This document shows positions 37,656-48,317 of a stretch of DNA of 64,000 nt, piece after piece (position 1 is the stretch's first letter; each line of letters opens with the position of its first letter). The stretch is taken from contig CAVTRY010000007.1 of assembly GCA_963737265.1 (NCBI GenBank), positions 352,001-416,000 on the forward strand, read 5' to 3'. The DNA comes from an uncultured delta proteobacterium (GTDB lineage: Bacteria > Myxococcota_A > Polyangia > Fen-1088). The notes below the pieces were generated by a model, which was not told the DNA's origin, did no database searches, and saw nothing but the letters and a program-made list of their open reading frames with translations. The position numbers were made by a program, and so were the translations under genes.

Positions 37656-38888
37656 TCACCGTCTCCTTACCGCATCGCCGGGCCCGATCCAACGCTCGAG
37701 GAACGGGTAGGCCTCGACTCCGTGCCACTCGTGCACCCCTTCGAACACGTCGTGGACGAGGTGGTCCGGCGCTCCGTCCGACGTGTAGACGGCCCGCAGC
37801 CGCTCGACCTCGGCCGCCGCCACTGTGAAGGGGAAGAGGTCGTCGTGCGTCCCCGATTCGATGAGGAGGGGGCGGGGCGATATCAGCGCACCGAGATCGA
37901 CGTGCTCGATCTGGCCGAGCATCCCCGGGAGGATCTGGGAGCCGCACATGTTCCACGGCATCTTGTGCGACTCGGCCCACGACGAGAAGTACCCGCTCAC
38001 CACCGCGGCCGCCACCCGTTCGTCCAACGCGGCGAGGAACAGCGTCACCGTCCCGCCGTAGGAGAGGCCGACCATCCCGATCCGGGCCGGATCGACGAGA
38101 GGATGCGTCTGGAGGACGTCGATGGACCGCGCCAGGTCCCACAGGTTCTGCGTGAGCGGGTTGATGCCGGCCATGACGGCGTGCACGAGATTCGTGTCGC
38201 AGCGCGTAGTGGTCCTCGGGGTTCCAGTCGAGACGTTCGCCGAAGCAGCGCAGGTCGGGGGCGAGCACGACGTAGCCGCGCTCGGCCAGCTGGCCGCGCG
38301 TAGTCGGCGTTGGGGGTGCCGGTGCGCTCGAGCCCGACCGCCTCGGATTTACCCGGCCCGTGGCCGTGCACGGCGAGCACAGCGGGGCCGGGCGCGACCC
38401 GGCTGTCGGGTACGAGAAGGTACGCCGGCACCGACATGGTCTCCTCGGTGTCGAAGACGATCGTGTCGCGCCGGTACCCCTCGCACTGCACCGACTCGAG
38501 CGTCTCGAGCCGGAGGGGGACGGGTTCGGGTTGTGGCCCCAGCATCGAGTCGAGGCGAGCGCGGACAGCGTGCTCGCCACTGCGCCAGGACCTCGGCGTA
38601 GGCGGGGTCGCCGGGGTCGGCGACGTCGGCGGCGTCGGCGGCGTCGGGCCGTCCGTCGGGGCTCGAGGCTTCGTTCGAGGGAGGGCTCGGCAGCGGATCG
38701 GCGAGCGTGGTCCTTCCCAGCCGGACCATCCACGAGTACCAGGGGGAGTAATTGCGATCCGGTACCGGCAGGGACCCGAGCTGCAGGGGCGCGTCGTCGG
38801 GCGCATCGTCGGGCGCGTTGTCGGGCGCGTTGTCGGGCGCGTTGTCGGGCGGGTCCGAGGAGTGGTCCGGGTGAGCGTCAGCCGGCAA
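37656..38888 (-). CDS. Alpha/beta hydrolase, dienelactone hydrolase/esterase-like (frameshifted; start uncertain)
   Basis: VPAYLLVP, AVHGHGPGK, GYVVLAPDLRCFGER, VDPARIGMVGLSYGG, GVHEW. Confidence 0.85.
38788..38850 (-). repeat. In-frame 12-bp repeat x5 encoding (PDNA)n/(PDDA)n
   Basis: GTCGGGCGCGTT-type units. Confidence 0.85.
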
Positions 38889-40425
38889 GGGGAGCCCAGG
38901 TCTGCACGGTGTGCCAGCACGTCCCCTGGGGCTTGCCCGTATAGGTGGGCACGCACAGCGGCGACGGCGGCTCGTTGTTGTAGAGCTCTACGACCTGATA
39001 CTCGGTCGGCCCCGCGTACTTGTCGGGGCCGAAGCTCAACGTCGGGGTATAGGTGCCGGGGAAGTTCTGGATCCTCGACATCGACTGCACGAACGTGCGC
39101 CGGTTGAGGTCGGGGCCCGCTCCGAGCGCGGCGGTGGCGAAGAGCCGGATGACCTGGCACCATCCCACGATCGGTCCCTGCTCCTCGATGTAGGGCGACA
39201 CCGTCGACGTGGGCTTGTTGTGAGCCTTCCACGTGTCGTAGCAGCTCTGGACCGCGCCGTTGTAGCCGCCCGCCGCGACGACGCTCGAAGGGGCGTCGGT
39301 CCCTCCGAGTGTCTCGACGGTCACGCCCTCTTGATGGTCGAGCCCCTTCTCGTACGGGATGGGAATGAGCCCGAGCGTGGAGGTGATCGAGGATTCGTAG
39401 TCCGACAGCAGGAGCTTCGGGAAGTAGTTCTGCCCGTTCTCCTGGCTCAGGAACGGGAAGAAGGCGTTGAACGGGATCAGGGGGATCACCGATTTCACGC
39501 CGGCCGACTTGAGGCGCTGCACCACGAGAGGCGCGGCCGCGTCGGTGGCGGACGTGTCGGCCGGATTGGACGGGAGGGTCTCGACGTGCACGTTGGTGAT
39601 CCCCGCGTTGCGCAGGTCGGGCAGGAGGTACTGGTTGAGCGCGACCTGGTCACTGGTGCGATCACCGGCCACGATGCCGACGTTCCCCGAGTTGTCGAGC
39701 AGGCCGGTGCTCTTGCCCCACTGCACCACCGTCGCCAGGATCTGGGCCTGGTCGGGACCCGTCCACCACAGGTAGGGCGCTCCCTCCTGGGTCCAGTTCG
39801 TCACCGTCGTCCATTGCCCGATGAAGGGCGTCTGGCCTTCTTGTGTGATGCACAGTTCGTTGTCACCGGTCCAGGACCCGAGCCCGTCGAGCACGGCGAA
39901 CACGGGTGGACTGCCCTCGGTCCACTGTTTGCACAGCGCCCGCATGGACGCCTCGTTGGTGGGGTCGAAGTTCACGATCATGGCGTTGATCATGCGGCCG
40001 TTGATGCCCCCGGCGTCGTTGATGGCGTTCACAAAGGTGTGGATGGCCGCCTTCTGTGCGGCGAACTCGGTGTCACCCGCGAAGCCGAAGTTCGACGCCA
40101 GCGAAGTCAGGTTCGAGACCGGGAAGACCACATTGATCGAATTGGCGCTGACCCCACGGGTGCTCGTCGACGCCTGGTCCACGCCGATGCCGCTGGGCTT
40201 GCCCAGTCCCTGCCCGGTGGCGCTCGCGCTGGCACCGGTGTTGCCGGTCGCGCCCGCCCCCGTCCCGTTGGCCGCCTTCTTCGAGGAGGTCGCGGCCACC
40301 CCGTAGACGATCCCCCCCACCACGGCGATCGCCACCACGAGAGCGACGATCTGGACCCCGGCGGGCCGACGCCGGAGACGCCGCCAGGACTTCCCCAGTG
40401 CCGCCCCAGGACCAGAACTCGCCAT
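38878..40425 (-). CDS. ABC transporter substrate-binding protein, type I periplasmic (branched-chain-like) fold
   Basis: N-terminal TM; TRGVSANSI, INDAGGINGR, AGPDLNRRTF, LSFGPDKY. Confidence 0.8.
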   Translation of the reverse strand: MASSGPGAALGKSWRRLRRRPAGVQIVALVVAIAVVGGIVYGVAATSSKKAANGTGAGATGNTGASASATGQGLGKPSGIGVDQASTSTRGVSANSINVVFPVSNLTSLASNFGFAGDTEFAAQKAAIHTFVNAINDAGGINGRMINAMIVNFDPTNEASMRALCKQWTEGSPPVFAVLDGLGSWTGDNELCITQEGQTPFIGQWTTVTNWTQEGAPYLWWTGPDQAQILATVVQWGKSTGLLDNSGNVGIVAGDRTSDQVALNQYLLPDLRNAGITNVHVETLPSNPADTSATDAAAPLVVQRLKSAGVKSVIPLIPFNAFFPFLSQENGQNYFPKLLLSDYESSITSTLGLIPIPYEKGLDHQEGVTVETLGGTDAPSSVVAAGGYNGAVQSCYDTWKAHNKPTSTVSPYIEEQGPIVGWCQVIRLFATAALGAGPDLNRRTFVQSMSRIQNFPGTYTPTLSFGPDKYAGPTEYQVVELYNNEPPSPLCVPTYTGKPQGTCWHTVQTWAPLAG

Positions 40426-40466
40426 CGTCGCCCCTTCCCCCCTCCGGGTTCCCTCTCCGCCTTCGC

Positions 40467-40543
40467 TGCCTGTTGCCTGTTGCCTGTTGCCTGTTGCCTG
40501 TTGCCTGTTGCCTGTTGCCCGTTGCCTGTTGCCCGTTGCCTGA
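40467..40543. repeat. Eleven tandem heptamers TGCCTGT upstream of the binding-protein gene
   Basis: Counted directly; two units read TGCCCGT. Confidence 0.95.
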
Positions 40544-40819
40544 CGCCTTCGCCGCCTCGCGCCTGCCGCCTACTGCTTACTTGTGTCCCTGCTACTGCTT
40601 CTAGTGCTCAGCCTCGCCTTGGGTGTGCCGATGAACCATGCCCAACGCGTGTCGGTCGTCAGTCGTGGCCACACGATATGCGGCCTGGCGGGTTGCACAC
40701 CCGGCCGGGTGCCGTGATGTCAAGGCAGGCCGGGGTCGATGACGGGCTCTGGAGCTCGGGTCGAGAGGGCCCGAGGGGTCGGGGTTGTGGTGGTCGGCGG
40801 GCTGGGGCACGATTGACAC

Positions 40820-41701
40820 GTGGCACTGGTGACAGGTCTGGACATCAGGGAGATCTCCCCCGTGATCGGAGCCGAGGTGCACGGCCTCGACCTCAGCCGT
40901 CCGCTGGGCGACTCCGTCGTGGCCGAGGTGCGTGCCGCGCTGTGCCGGCACCTGGTGCTGTTCTTCCCGGACCAGGACCTCGCCCCCGAAGTGCAGGCCG
41001 ACTTCGCCCGGCAGTTCGGTGAGGTGACTCCGGCGCACCCCGTGATCCCGTCCCTCGAGGGAAATCCCGAGGTCCTCCCCATCGACGGCCGCGAGGACCG
41101 AGCCTCGTGGTGGCACACCGACGTCACCTTCCTGCCGACGCCGCCGCTCGGATCGATCCTCCACATGCGCGAAGCGCCTGCGGTGGGAGGCGACACGATG
41201 TGGGTGAGCCTGCAGGCAGCGTATGACGCGCTGAGCGAGCCGGTCCGGTGGTTGTGCGACCGCCTGATCGCATGGCACCACGACCCGTGGTTCGCCGCCG
41301 ACGTCGAGGCTCGGGGTGGTTACGACTGGGACGGCGAGCACCACGACAGGCTGTTTCCGGCCTCACACCCGGTGGTGCGGACGCACCCCGAGACCGGGCG
41401 CAACGGTCTGTTCGTCAACTCGCAGTTCACCAAGTTCCTCGAGGGTCTCTCGCAGGTCGAGAGCGCCACGCTCCTCGACATGCTCTATCGCCATTGCCAG
41501 CGGCCGGAGTTCAGCTGCCGCTACCACTGGAAGGCGGGTGCGGTCGCGTTCTGGGACAACAGGGCGACGCTGCACTACGCGCTCGACGATTACGGCGATG
41601 CTCTGCGCATCGCGCATCGGGTCACCCTCCGCGGTGATCGTCCCTACGGCCCGGCCCGACCCCTCGAGCCGACCGCGGCCGCCGTCTCTCCCCGTTCGTA
41701 A
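40820..41701 (+). CDS. TauD/TfdA Fe(II)/2-oxoglutarate dioxygenase
   Basis: IGAEVHGLDL, WHTDVTF, GGDTMW, HPVVRTHPETGR, FWDNRATLH, HRVT. Confidence 0.93.
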   Translation: MALVTGLDIREISPVIGAEVHGLDLSRPLGDSVVAEVRAALCRHLVLFFPDQDLAPEVQADFARQFGEVTPAHPVIPSLEGNPEVLPIDGREDRASWWHTDVTFLPTPPLGSILHMREAPAVGGDTMWVSLQAAYDALSEPVRWLCDRLIAWHHDPWFAADVEARGGYDWDGEHHDRLFPASHPVVRTHPETGRNGLFVNSQFTKFLEGLSQVESATLLDMLYRHCQRPEFSCRYHWKAGAVAFWDNRATLHYALDDYGDALRIAHRVTLRGDRPYGPARPLEPTAAAVSPRS

Positions 41702-41739
41702 TACCGGCCGGCACAGGCCCAACGTCAGCCCCCGCAACG

Positions 41740-42307
41740 TCAGCCCCCGCCGGTGGAGGAGTCCGCACCTGTCGGCCCCGGTCGAGCCGCACCGGTCACG
41801 TACAGCGCTTCGTCGCTGGCACCGAGATAGGCGGCCAAAGCACTTGGGTCCTGGCGCACGACGTCGGGGCTGCCCGATATCACGACCTTGCCCGTCTGCA
41901 TGACGATGACAGTTGAACAGAGCTCGAACACCAGCGGCACGTCGTGCTCGACGAGGAGGATGGTCGACCCGGTCACCTCTCGCAGACGCTGCAGGAGCGG
42001 GATGAACGCCTCGGCCTCGCGTTGCGCGATGCCCACGGTCGGCTCGTCGAGAAGCAGGAGTCGCGGCCCCGCCAGCACGATCGACGCCAGGTCGACGACG
42101 CGGCGGGTCCCCGTCGACAGGTGCCCGGTGAGGTGGTGGCGGAATCGGTCCAGCCCGAACGACCCGATGACCCGGTCGACCGCACGCCGCTTGTCGGCCT
42201 CGGTCTGCCGGGCCCACGGCAGCTGCAACGTGGTCGACAGCACGCTCACCGGTCGGCGGGCGTCCTCGTACAGCATGAGCGTGTCCTGCACCGACAGCTC
42301 CGGGTAC
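41740..42307 (-). CDS. ABC ATPase C-terminal fragment (LivF/G-like), cut at the junction
   Basis: YPELSV, LSTGTRRVVDLA, LLLLDEPT, LVEHD; no Walker A because the upstream part is missing. Confidence 0.85.
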
Positions 42308-42315
42308 CACGATCG
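42300..42315. other. Junction between two genomes (probable chimera)
   Basis: Two truncated genes abut; GC content and codon style change abruptly. Confidence 0.85.
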
Positions 42316-42502
42316 CGGCAAAGTCGCCATGGAATCCCGCCGCCACCACCAGCACCGCGGCGCGAAACTTATCCAGAGCCATGAACATCTGTTCGGGCGT
42401 TTGCGCCTGGGCCACAATGCGCATCTCATCTTCCACGGCAAGCACTTTGGCGATGCCCGCCCGGAAGATCGCCTGGTTATCGGCCAGAATCAGTTTGAGC
42501 AT
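42308..42502 (-). CDS. NarL-type response regulator N-terminal fragment, cut at the junction
   Basis: MLKLILADNQAIFRAGIAKVLAVEDEMRIVAQA. Confidence 0.8.
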
Positions 42503-42521
42503 TTTTCAGCGCTCCAAAAAC

Positions 42522-42852
42522 TCAAAAGATAGAATTTCTCATGAACTCGTACGAGTCGATCACACACGCCACGCCGCGGCCTTCTCCGCCCTCGCCAGTT
42601 TCGTCGGCCCGCACCACTCGCCCTTTGCACTGGATGGTCACATTTTCCGGACCGCCCGTCATCTCCGGCGGCAGCGTAATTTCAAATTCTACGGGCGAAC
42701 CAATTTCCATCGAGGCATCGGCGCTGATGTACACTCCGGCCGCGCTCAGATTCCCGGTCATTCCCTTCGGCGTCTCCGCCGGCATCGCCCTTATGAATCT
42801 TAATCGGCAATTCCAGCGGAAACCTTTTTCCCGTCCGCGCTTCTTCGCCCAC
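42522..42852 (-). CDS. PilZ-domain protein (one frameshift)
   Basis: RTGKRFPLELP...TGNLSAAGVYI...CKGRVVR; GTG at 42852 with GGAGG RBS. Confidence 0.8.
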
Positions 42853-43073
42853 AGGGCCTCCTCTTTGCTGGCCGATACTTCTTATGCTCTCTGAGGATGA
42901 GGCCAACGTCATCAAACTAAGCTCCCGGCGGGGTCTTCGCCCGCATTTGTGCTCAGGGGCGGTTATATCACGAAAGTTATCGCCGTAAAAGCCTGATAAC
43001 CCATTAGTTAACGGTAATATCTAGGTTCCCCCCTGCGGCCTGGAGGCGAATTTTCAGCCAGCAACGCCTAATT

Positions 43074-43964
43074 TTATTGATAACGCCGGTCGAAATAAGG
43101 AGGCCAGTCGCCACGCTTGCCGGTCACAATCAGTTCTGCGCCGAACCGCCCGCCGTAGTTCACTCCGAACAATCGGTGGCGTAATTCATTGTGCTTCAGG
43201 ACTGGCCAGCGCAGCAGAATGCCGAGCCTCTGGGTCAGGGTGGGCGCATAGTTTTTGAAATCGAGCACGCGAATCTCGTCGAAGCCGCAAATATCGAGCA
43301 ATGAGGTCAAGTTGGCTCCCGCAAAGCCGTACTCGTGTGACAGCGTCACGTAGAGGCTGGAATTTGCGCATGGCCCTTCCATGTTGGGCGTACGCAGCAA
43401 CAACGTCCCCCCGCGCTTCAGCGCCCAATAGAGCGCATCCACTACCCAGAACAGCGAGTACTTAGGCACATGCTCAATCACGTGCGACATGTGGATGAAA
43501 TCGTACTGCTCCTTCTGCTGGCTCAGAAACTCACCAATGTTTTCGTGAATCTCGTGTAACACGATTCGATCCGGCGCCCACTCGCCAATGTAGTTCTTGT
43601 GCGTGATGCCAAAGTCGGCCCCGGCCAGATTCCGATATCCCAACTTCAAGCACGCAGCCAGGAACCATCCTCCACCAAAACCGATATCAAGTATGCGGGC
43701 GTCCTTGTCCTTGGGAAGATACGGCGCGTACTGCCGCGTCGCCATCAACACCGTAACGTCGTTTTCAGTCTTGCTCCAACTTGGACGGCACTTTTCCGCT
43801 GCATGGCGCAACGACATGCGGCGATATACTTCGGCAATAAAGGCGTGCGGATCCAAGGGAACCGTTTCTGCGGACGATAGCGAAGCAAGAATAGTAGCAG
43901 AGGCCCTTATGGCTCGGCTGGTTCGATCTGGAAGACACATTCGCCGTGCTGGCCTTCTCACCAT
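43074..43964 (-). CDS. Class I SAM-dependent methyltransferase (start probably downstream of 43964)
   Basis: ILDIGFGGG, YDFIHMSHVIEH, LKRGGTLLLRTPN. Confidence 0.85.
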   Translation of the reverse strand: MVRRPARRMCLPDRTSRAIRASATILASLSSAETVPLDPHAFIAEVYRRMSLRHAAEKCRPSWSKTENDVTVLMATRQYAPYLPKDKDARILDIGFGGGWFLAACLKLGYRNLAGADFGITHKNYIGEWAPDRIVLHEIHENIGEFLSQQKEQYDFIHMSHVIEHVPKYSLFWVVDALYWALKRGGTLLLRTPNMEGPCANSSLYVTLSHEYGFAGANLTSLLDICGFDEIRVLDFKNYAPTLTQRLGILLRWPVLKHNELRHRLFGVNYGGRFGAELIVTGKRGDWPPYFDRRYQ

Positions 43965-44138
43965 CTCACTCGGGGTTTAAATTTGCGGGACGCGGAAGCG
44001 AAGTCGAACCAAATGTCATCGAAAGTGTGCTTGAGAGTTTCCATTCTACAACCGCGCTCCCAGGGCATCGACCGGCCTGCTTTAGAGCGCCAGCCGTCTG
44101 AACGCGTAAGTATCCTCGACGAAAGGGAATTTGATCCG

Positions 44139-45655
44139 ATGACGACCTCCTCTCACCGCCGCTTGCATGCTGCTGCCCGGGTCTTTTCTTGCACTCTCAT
44201 TTTTAGTCTTTTTATCAGAGCGACCGTTGTTCTGGCCCAGACCCCACCCCAAAAGCCAGCTCAAACCTCGCCGCAGAAAACTCCTGCTACGCCAGAGGCA
44301 GCGGTCAATTCTCCTGAATCTCCCAACGTCCTGCTACAGCTCAACAGCGCTTTACAGGACCTGGCCGCCCGAGTCTCCCCCGCGGTGGTGCAGATTCTGG
44401 TCACCGGATACGGCCCGCTGCACGAGCGAAGATCGATCCCAGACTGCGCTACATCGTCCGCCAGCACGCCGTCGGCTCGGGAGTCATCGTCGACTCCGAC
44501 GGCTACATCATGACCAACGCCCACGTGGTCGAGGGTGCGCAACGCATTCGCGTCGCCCTGCCGCTGCCCATGGGCGACTCCGCCGGCCAGGTGCCGATCG
44601 GCAAGCGCCGCATCCTGGAGGCCCGCCTCGTCGGCCAGCACAAGGAAACCGATCTCGCCCTGCTGAAGATCGACGAGACCGCTCTGCCCACGCTTCCTCT
44701 CGTCAGCCAGCAGCGGCCGCACGTCGGGCAACTCGTCTTCGCCATCGGCAGCCCCGAAGGCCTGCAGAATTCCGTGACCATGGGCGTGGTCAGCGCGGTG
44801 GCCCGCCAGCCCGATCCCAGCAAGCCGCTCACTTACATTCAGACCGACGCTCCCATCAACCCCGGCAACAGCGGCGGCCCGCTGGTGGATATGAACGGCG
44901 CCGTGCTCGGCATCAACACCTTCATTCTGTCGCAAGGCGGAGGCAGCGAAGGTCTCGGCTTCGCCATTCCCGCTCGCGTGGTCGATTTCGTTTACCACAG
45001 CCTGCGCAAATACGGGCACGTCCACCGGGTGGAAATCGGCGCCGCCGCGCAGGAGATCACGCCGACTCTGGCCGACGGCCTGCACCTTCCGCAGCACTGG
45101 GGCGTCGTCGTCGCCGACGTCAAGCCGGATGGCCCGGCCGCCGCGGCTGGCCTGCAGATTCAGGACATCATTCTCATCGCCGACGACCGCCGCATCGAGA
45201 CTCTGCCGTCACTATCCGCCGCGTCTGTATCTGCACCGCCTCGATCAGGTCGTGAAGCTGGAAATCCTGCGCGGCAAGGGAAAGAAAGACGCTCTACGTT
45301 CCGGCCATCGAACACCGCGACCAGATGGACCAGCTTCTCGATGCCGTCAATCCGGAAAACAGTCTGGTCTCGCGCCTGGGCATTCTTGCCATCGATCTCA
45401 CCGACGACCTTGCGCTCCCAACTAAGCTCCCTGCGCATTCCGTCTGGAGTGGTCGTGGTCGGGCGCGCCGCCGACCTCATCCTGCCCGATAACGGCCTGC
45501 AAACCGGAGACATCATCCACCAACTAAACGAAACTCCAATCGATTCGCTCGCCAAACTCCGCCAGTCCGTGAACGCACTCAAAACCGGTGACCCGGTAGT
45601 CTTCCAGGTCGAGCGCGACGACGGCCTGATGTACGTAACCTTAGAGATGGAATAG
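44139..45655 (+). CDS. HtrA/DegP-like serine protease with PDZ domains (frameshifted)
   Basis: GSGVIV, TNAHVV, DLALLK, QTDAPINPGNSGGPL, GLGFAIP. Confidence 0.92.
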
Positions 45656-45687
45656 ATCGCTGCCTGGGAAAGTTGAGAAAAAAGGGA

Positions 45688-45735
45688 TGTCATCCCGAGC
45701 GGAGGCGTTCTTCAGCCGGAGCGAAGATCTCCCGC
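45688..45735. repeat. REP-like element between convergent genes
   Basis: TGTCATCCCGAGCGGA...GGAGCGAAGATCT resembles GTCATCC-type extragenic repeats; single copy in this window. Confidence 0.5.
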
Positions 45736-45756
45736 GCAACCGCTCTCGGGGGAGAG

Positions 45757-47514
45757 CTAGAACGCGCTCCCGCCGCCGCCGCCGAACCCGCCGCCCGAAA
45801 ATCCTCCGCCCCCTCCGCCGAATTCTCCGCCGCCGCTCCAACCTGATCCCGTAGAACTCGCCCGCGGCGCGGAGACGAATACCTGGTGCATATCGCCCGC
45901 CATGCTGTGCATCGAGCTCGAAAAGAAAATCGGATTAAACCCCATCCCCGGCCCGTAGCCCGGCCCCACGTACCAGCTCGGCGGATCTTTACGATCCCCG
46001 CAAACGCCTGCGCCCAGTGATGCTCCACGCCCAGCGCCATCGCGTACGGTAAATACTTTTCAAAAGTAGTCGGCGGCATCTTTTTCAACCGCTCGCCGTC
46101 AACGCGATTCATGAACTCCTGAAATCCCAGCACCGCGATCCACGCCCGCGCCCCCTTCACCGTCTTCGCCGTCATCACCCGCGCGAACAGCCACCAGATC
46201 ACCGCCGAGACGATTCCTGCCCCAATCAGCAGCGGAATCGAATCGAGAAAGTTCGCCCATCCCAGAAACTGAAAAGCCACAAACAAACTGACAATGACGA
46301 CGCCGGCGCCAACGCTATATCCATTCGCCGATTCGGGATCAAGCAAGTACATCCCTTTGTTCTTGAGCGCCGCCATAATGTCCTGGCGAATGATGGGCAC
46401 CGCCGTATAGAAACGGTTCTTGAGCTCGGAAAGCCGCGTCTGCTGGCCGCCTTCGAACACATTCTCCAGCATCACCCGCTCGTGCGGCGCCAGACCGGCG
46501 TCATTCCATTCGGCCCGCGGCTTCAGCAGGTGGAAAACATAGTCCTTGCCGGTGAAGATGAGTCCCTTCTCCGCCGTCTCTTCAATCTTGATATATCCCC
46601 GCACCGCTAGATCGACCATCGTCGATGTAATGTCCCGTGGATGGATCTCGTCTTCCAGCAACGCGCCCGCCTCCGCCGGAGACATACCCTCCGGCGGCTC
46701 GTACATCGGTGCCACTGACATCCCGGGATCGGGATCGCGCCCCTTGTACCACCACAGCAGAAACATGACCGCGACCGTCACCAGCGGCAAAAGAAGAATC
46801 GGATTGCCGCCCACGAACCAGAAGAAGCGCGCAATCGCGCTCGGCTGATGCAGAATTCCCTTCGGAATATAAACGTCAATCGTCAGCCCGCCGCGCATCG
46901 GCAAGCGGATTGTTGGTCTCAAATTCCGCTTCGGCCCCGTTCACCTTCGCCGCAGCATCGCGCTCGGTCGATCCGTAAACCCCGGTAAACGCCTGCGCGC
47001 GCAGCGAACCAGCCGCGCCGTCCGGAAACCGCACCATCGCCGAAGCATGATCAATCGGCACCGGCCAATCGTTCCCCGTAACATTCCAATAAAATTCGTC
47101 GTAGTCTTTGAAAATCGCGTGCCATTGCGCACCCGATACATGATCTCGACCGTGCGCGATCGCATCCACCGCGTCCGCAATATAAATCTTCAGATCGCGC
47201 TTGCCGTCAGAAGTCGAAGAGTCGTACTTCAGCGCATTGCCGCCTGCTCCATCGGTCACGCTTGCTACGTCGAGAAACAGTTCGTAGTTCGTCCCATCCG
47301 GCCCCGGGTATTCCATCGGAATGGTGCGATGAATCCCATGCCACTCGCCCTCAAAATCCAGCGTGATGCGCTCGGTAACCACCGCGCTGCCGTCCTCAGC
47401 GACAGAAATGTTGTCCTGAAAGTCGGCGACCCGCCAGGACTTGGCCCGGGCCGAGCCTGGAATCGCGCAGAGAAGCAGCAAGAGACAGAGCCAAGCCTTC
47501 TTCGGCATTTTCAA
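45757..47514 (-). CDS. DUF2207 membrane protein (frameshifted)
   Basis: YWNVTGNDW, YEPPEGMSPAEAG, DLAVRGYI, FEKYLPYAMALG, Gly-rich tail; downstream of lemA. Confidence 0.88.
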
Positions 47515-47552
47515 ATCACCCGATTCACCGAATCACTCAATCACTCAATCAT

Positions 47553-48101
47553 CTAGAACTTCACCTGCACCGGTTCGCGATCGGCGTCGGTGGTCTCAAA
47601 GAACTGCCGCGCCGTGAAGCCGAACATCCCCGCGAGAATATTGGTCGGGAACGATTGAATCTTCGTATTCAGGTCGCGCACCACCGCGTTGTAGTAGCGC
47701 CGCGAATTCTGAATCGCGTCTTCGGTCTGGCTCAGCGATCCCTGCAGTTGCGTGAACTGCTCCGAAGCCTTGAGTTCAGGATAATTCTCCGCCACCGCGA
47801 ACAAGCTCTTCAACGCGCCCGTCAGCTGGTTCTCGGCCGCCGCCTTGTCGGCCGGGCCCGTGGCCTGCATCGCCTGCGACCGGAACTTGGCGATGTTCTC
47901 AAACGTGCCTTTTTCGTGCGCGGCGTATCCCTTGACCGTTTCCACCAGATTGGGAATCAGGTCGTGCCGCCGCTTGAGCTGCACATCAATGTCGGACCAC
48001 GCCGAATCGCAGCGCACTCGCAGCTGCACCAGGCTGTTGTACATCCCGATCAGCACTACGGCGATGACGACCAGAATTACCAGAATGATGATGCCAGTCA
48101 T
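47553..48101 (-). CDS. lemA: LemA family protein
   Basis: AWSDIDVQLKRRHDLIPNLVETVKGY, AVAENYPELKA, RRYYNAVV. Confidence 0.95.
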   Translation of the reverse strand: MTGIIILVILVVIAVVLIGMYNSLVQLRVRCDSAWSDIDVQLKRRHDLIPNLVETVKGYAAHEKGTFENIAKFRSQAMQATGPADKAAAENQLTGALKSLFAVAENYPELKASEQFTQLQGSLSQTEDAIQNSRRYYNAVVRDLNTKIQSFPTNILAGMFGFTARQFFETTDADREPVQVKF

Positions 48102-48317
48102 GAGCGTCTCCTCAGCGGCACGGAACCGAAATCAATGGGACGTTACACACGGCAGAACCCCAGCAATGAGCGCAGGTCGCAAACGCGAACGCAGGCGGCG
48201 AGGATCTTTGCATCCTGCAATAAGCCGATTCAAGCAAGAGGGAGGCTAGGTGGCAGGTGGAAGCGTGGCCCTAGGGCCGCGTCAGGAAGTCTGAAGGGGA
48301 AAGCTGAGCACTGGTCG

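Noticed and set aside
38911-41022. 703-aa plus-strand ORF containing (LLPVACC)n
   Set aside because: Antisense shadow of the binding-protein gene running through the heptamer repeat; long stop-free frames are expected at this GC content.
41363-42502. Novel response regulator fusion protein (379-aa ORF)
   Set aside because: It is read-through across the chimeric junction into an off-frame of the ABC ATPase gene.
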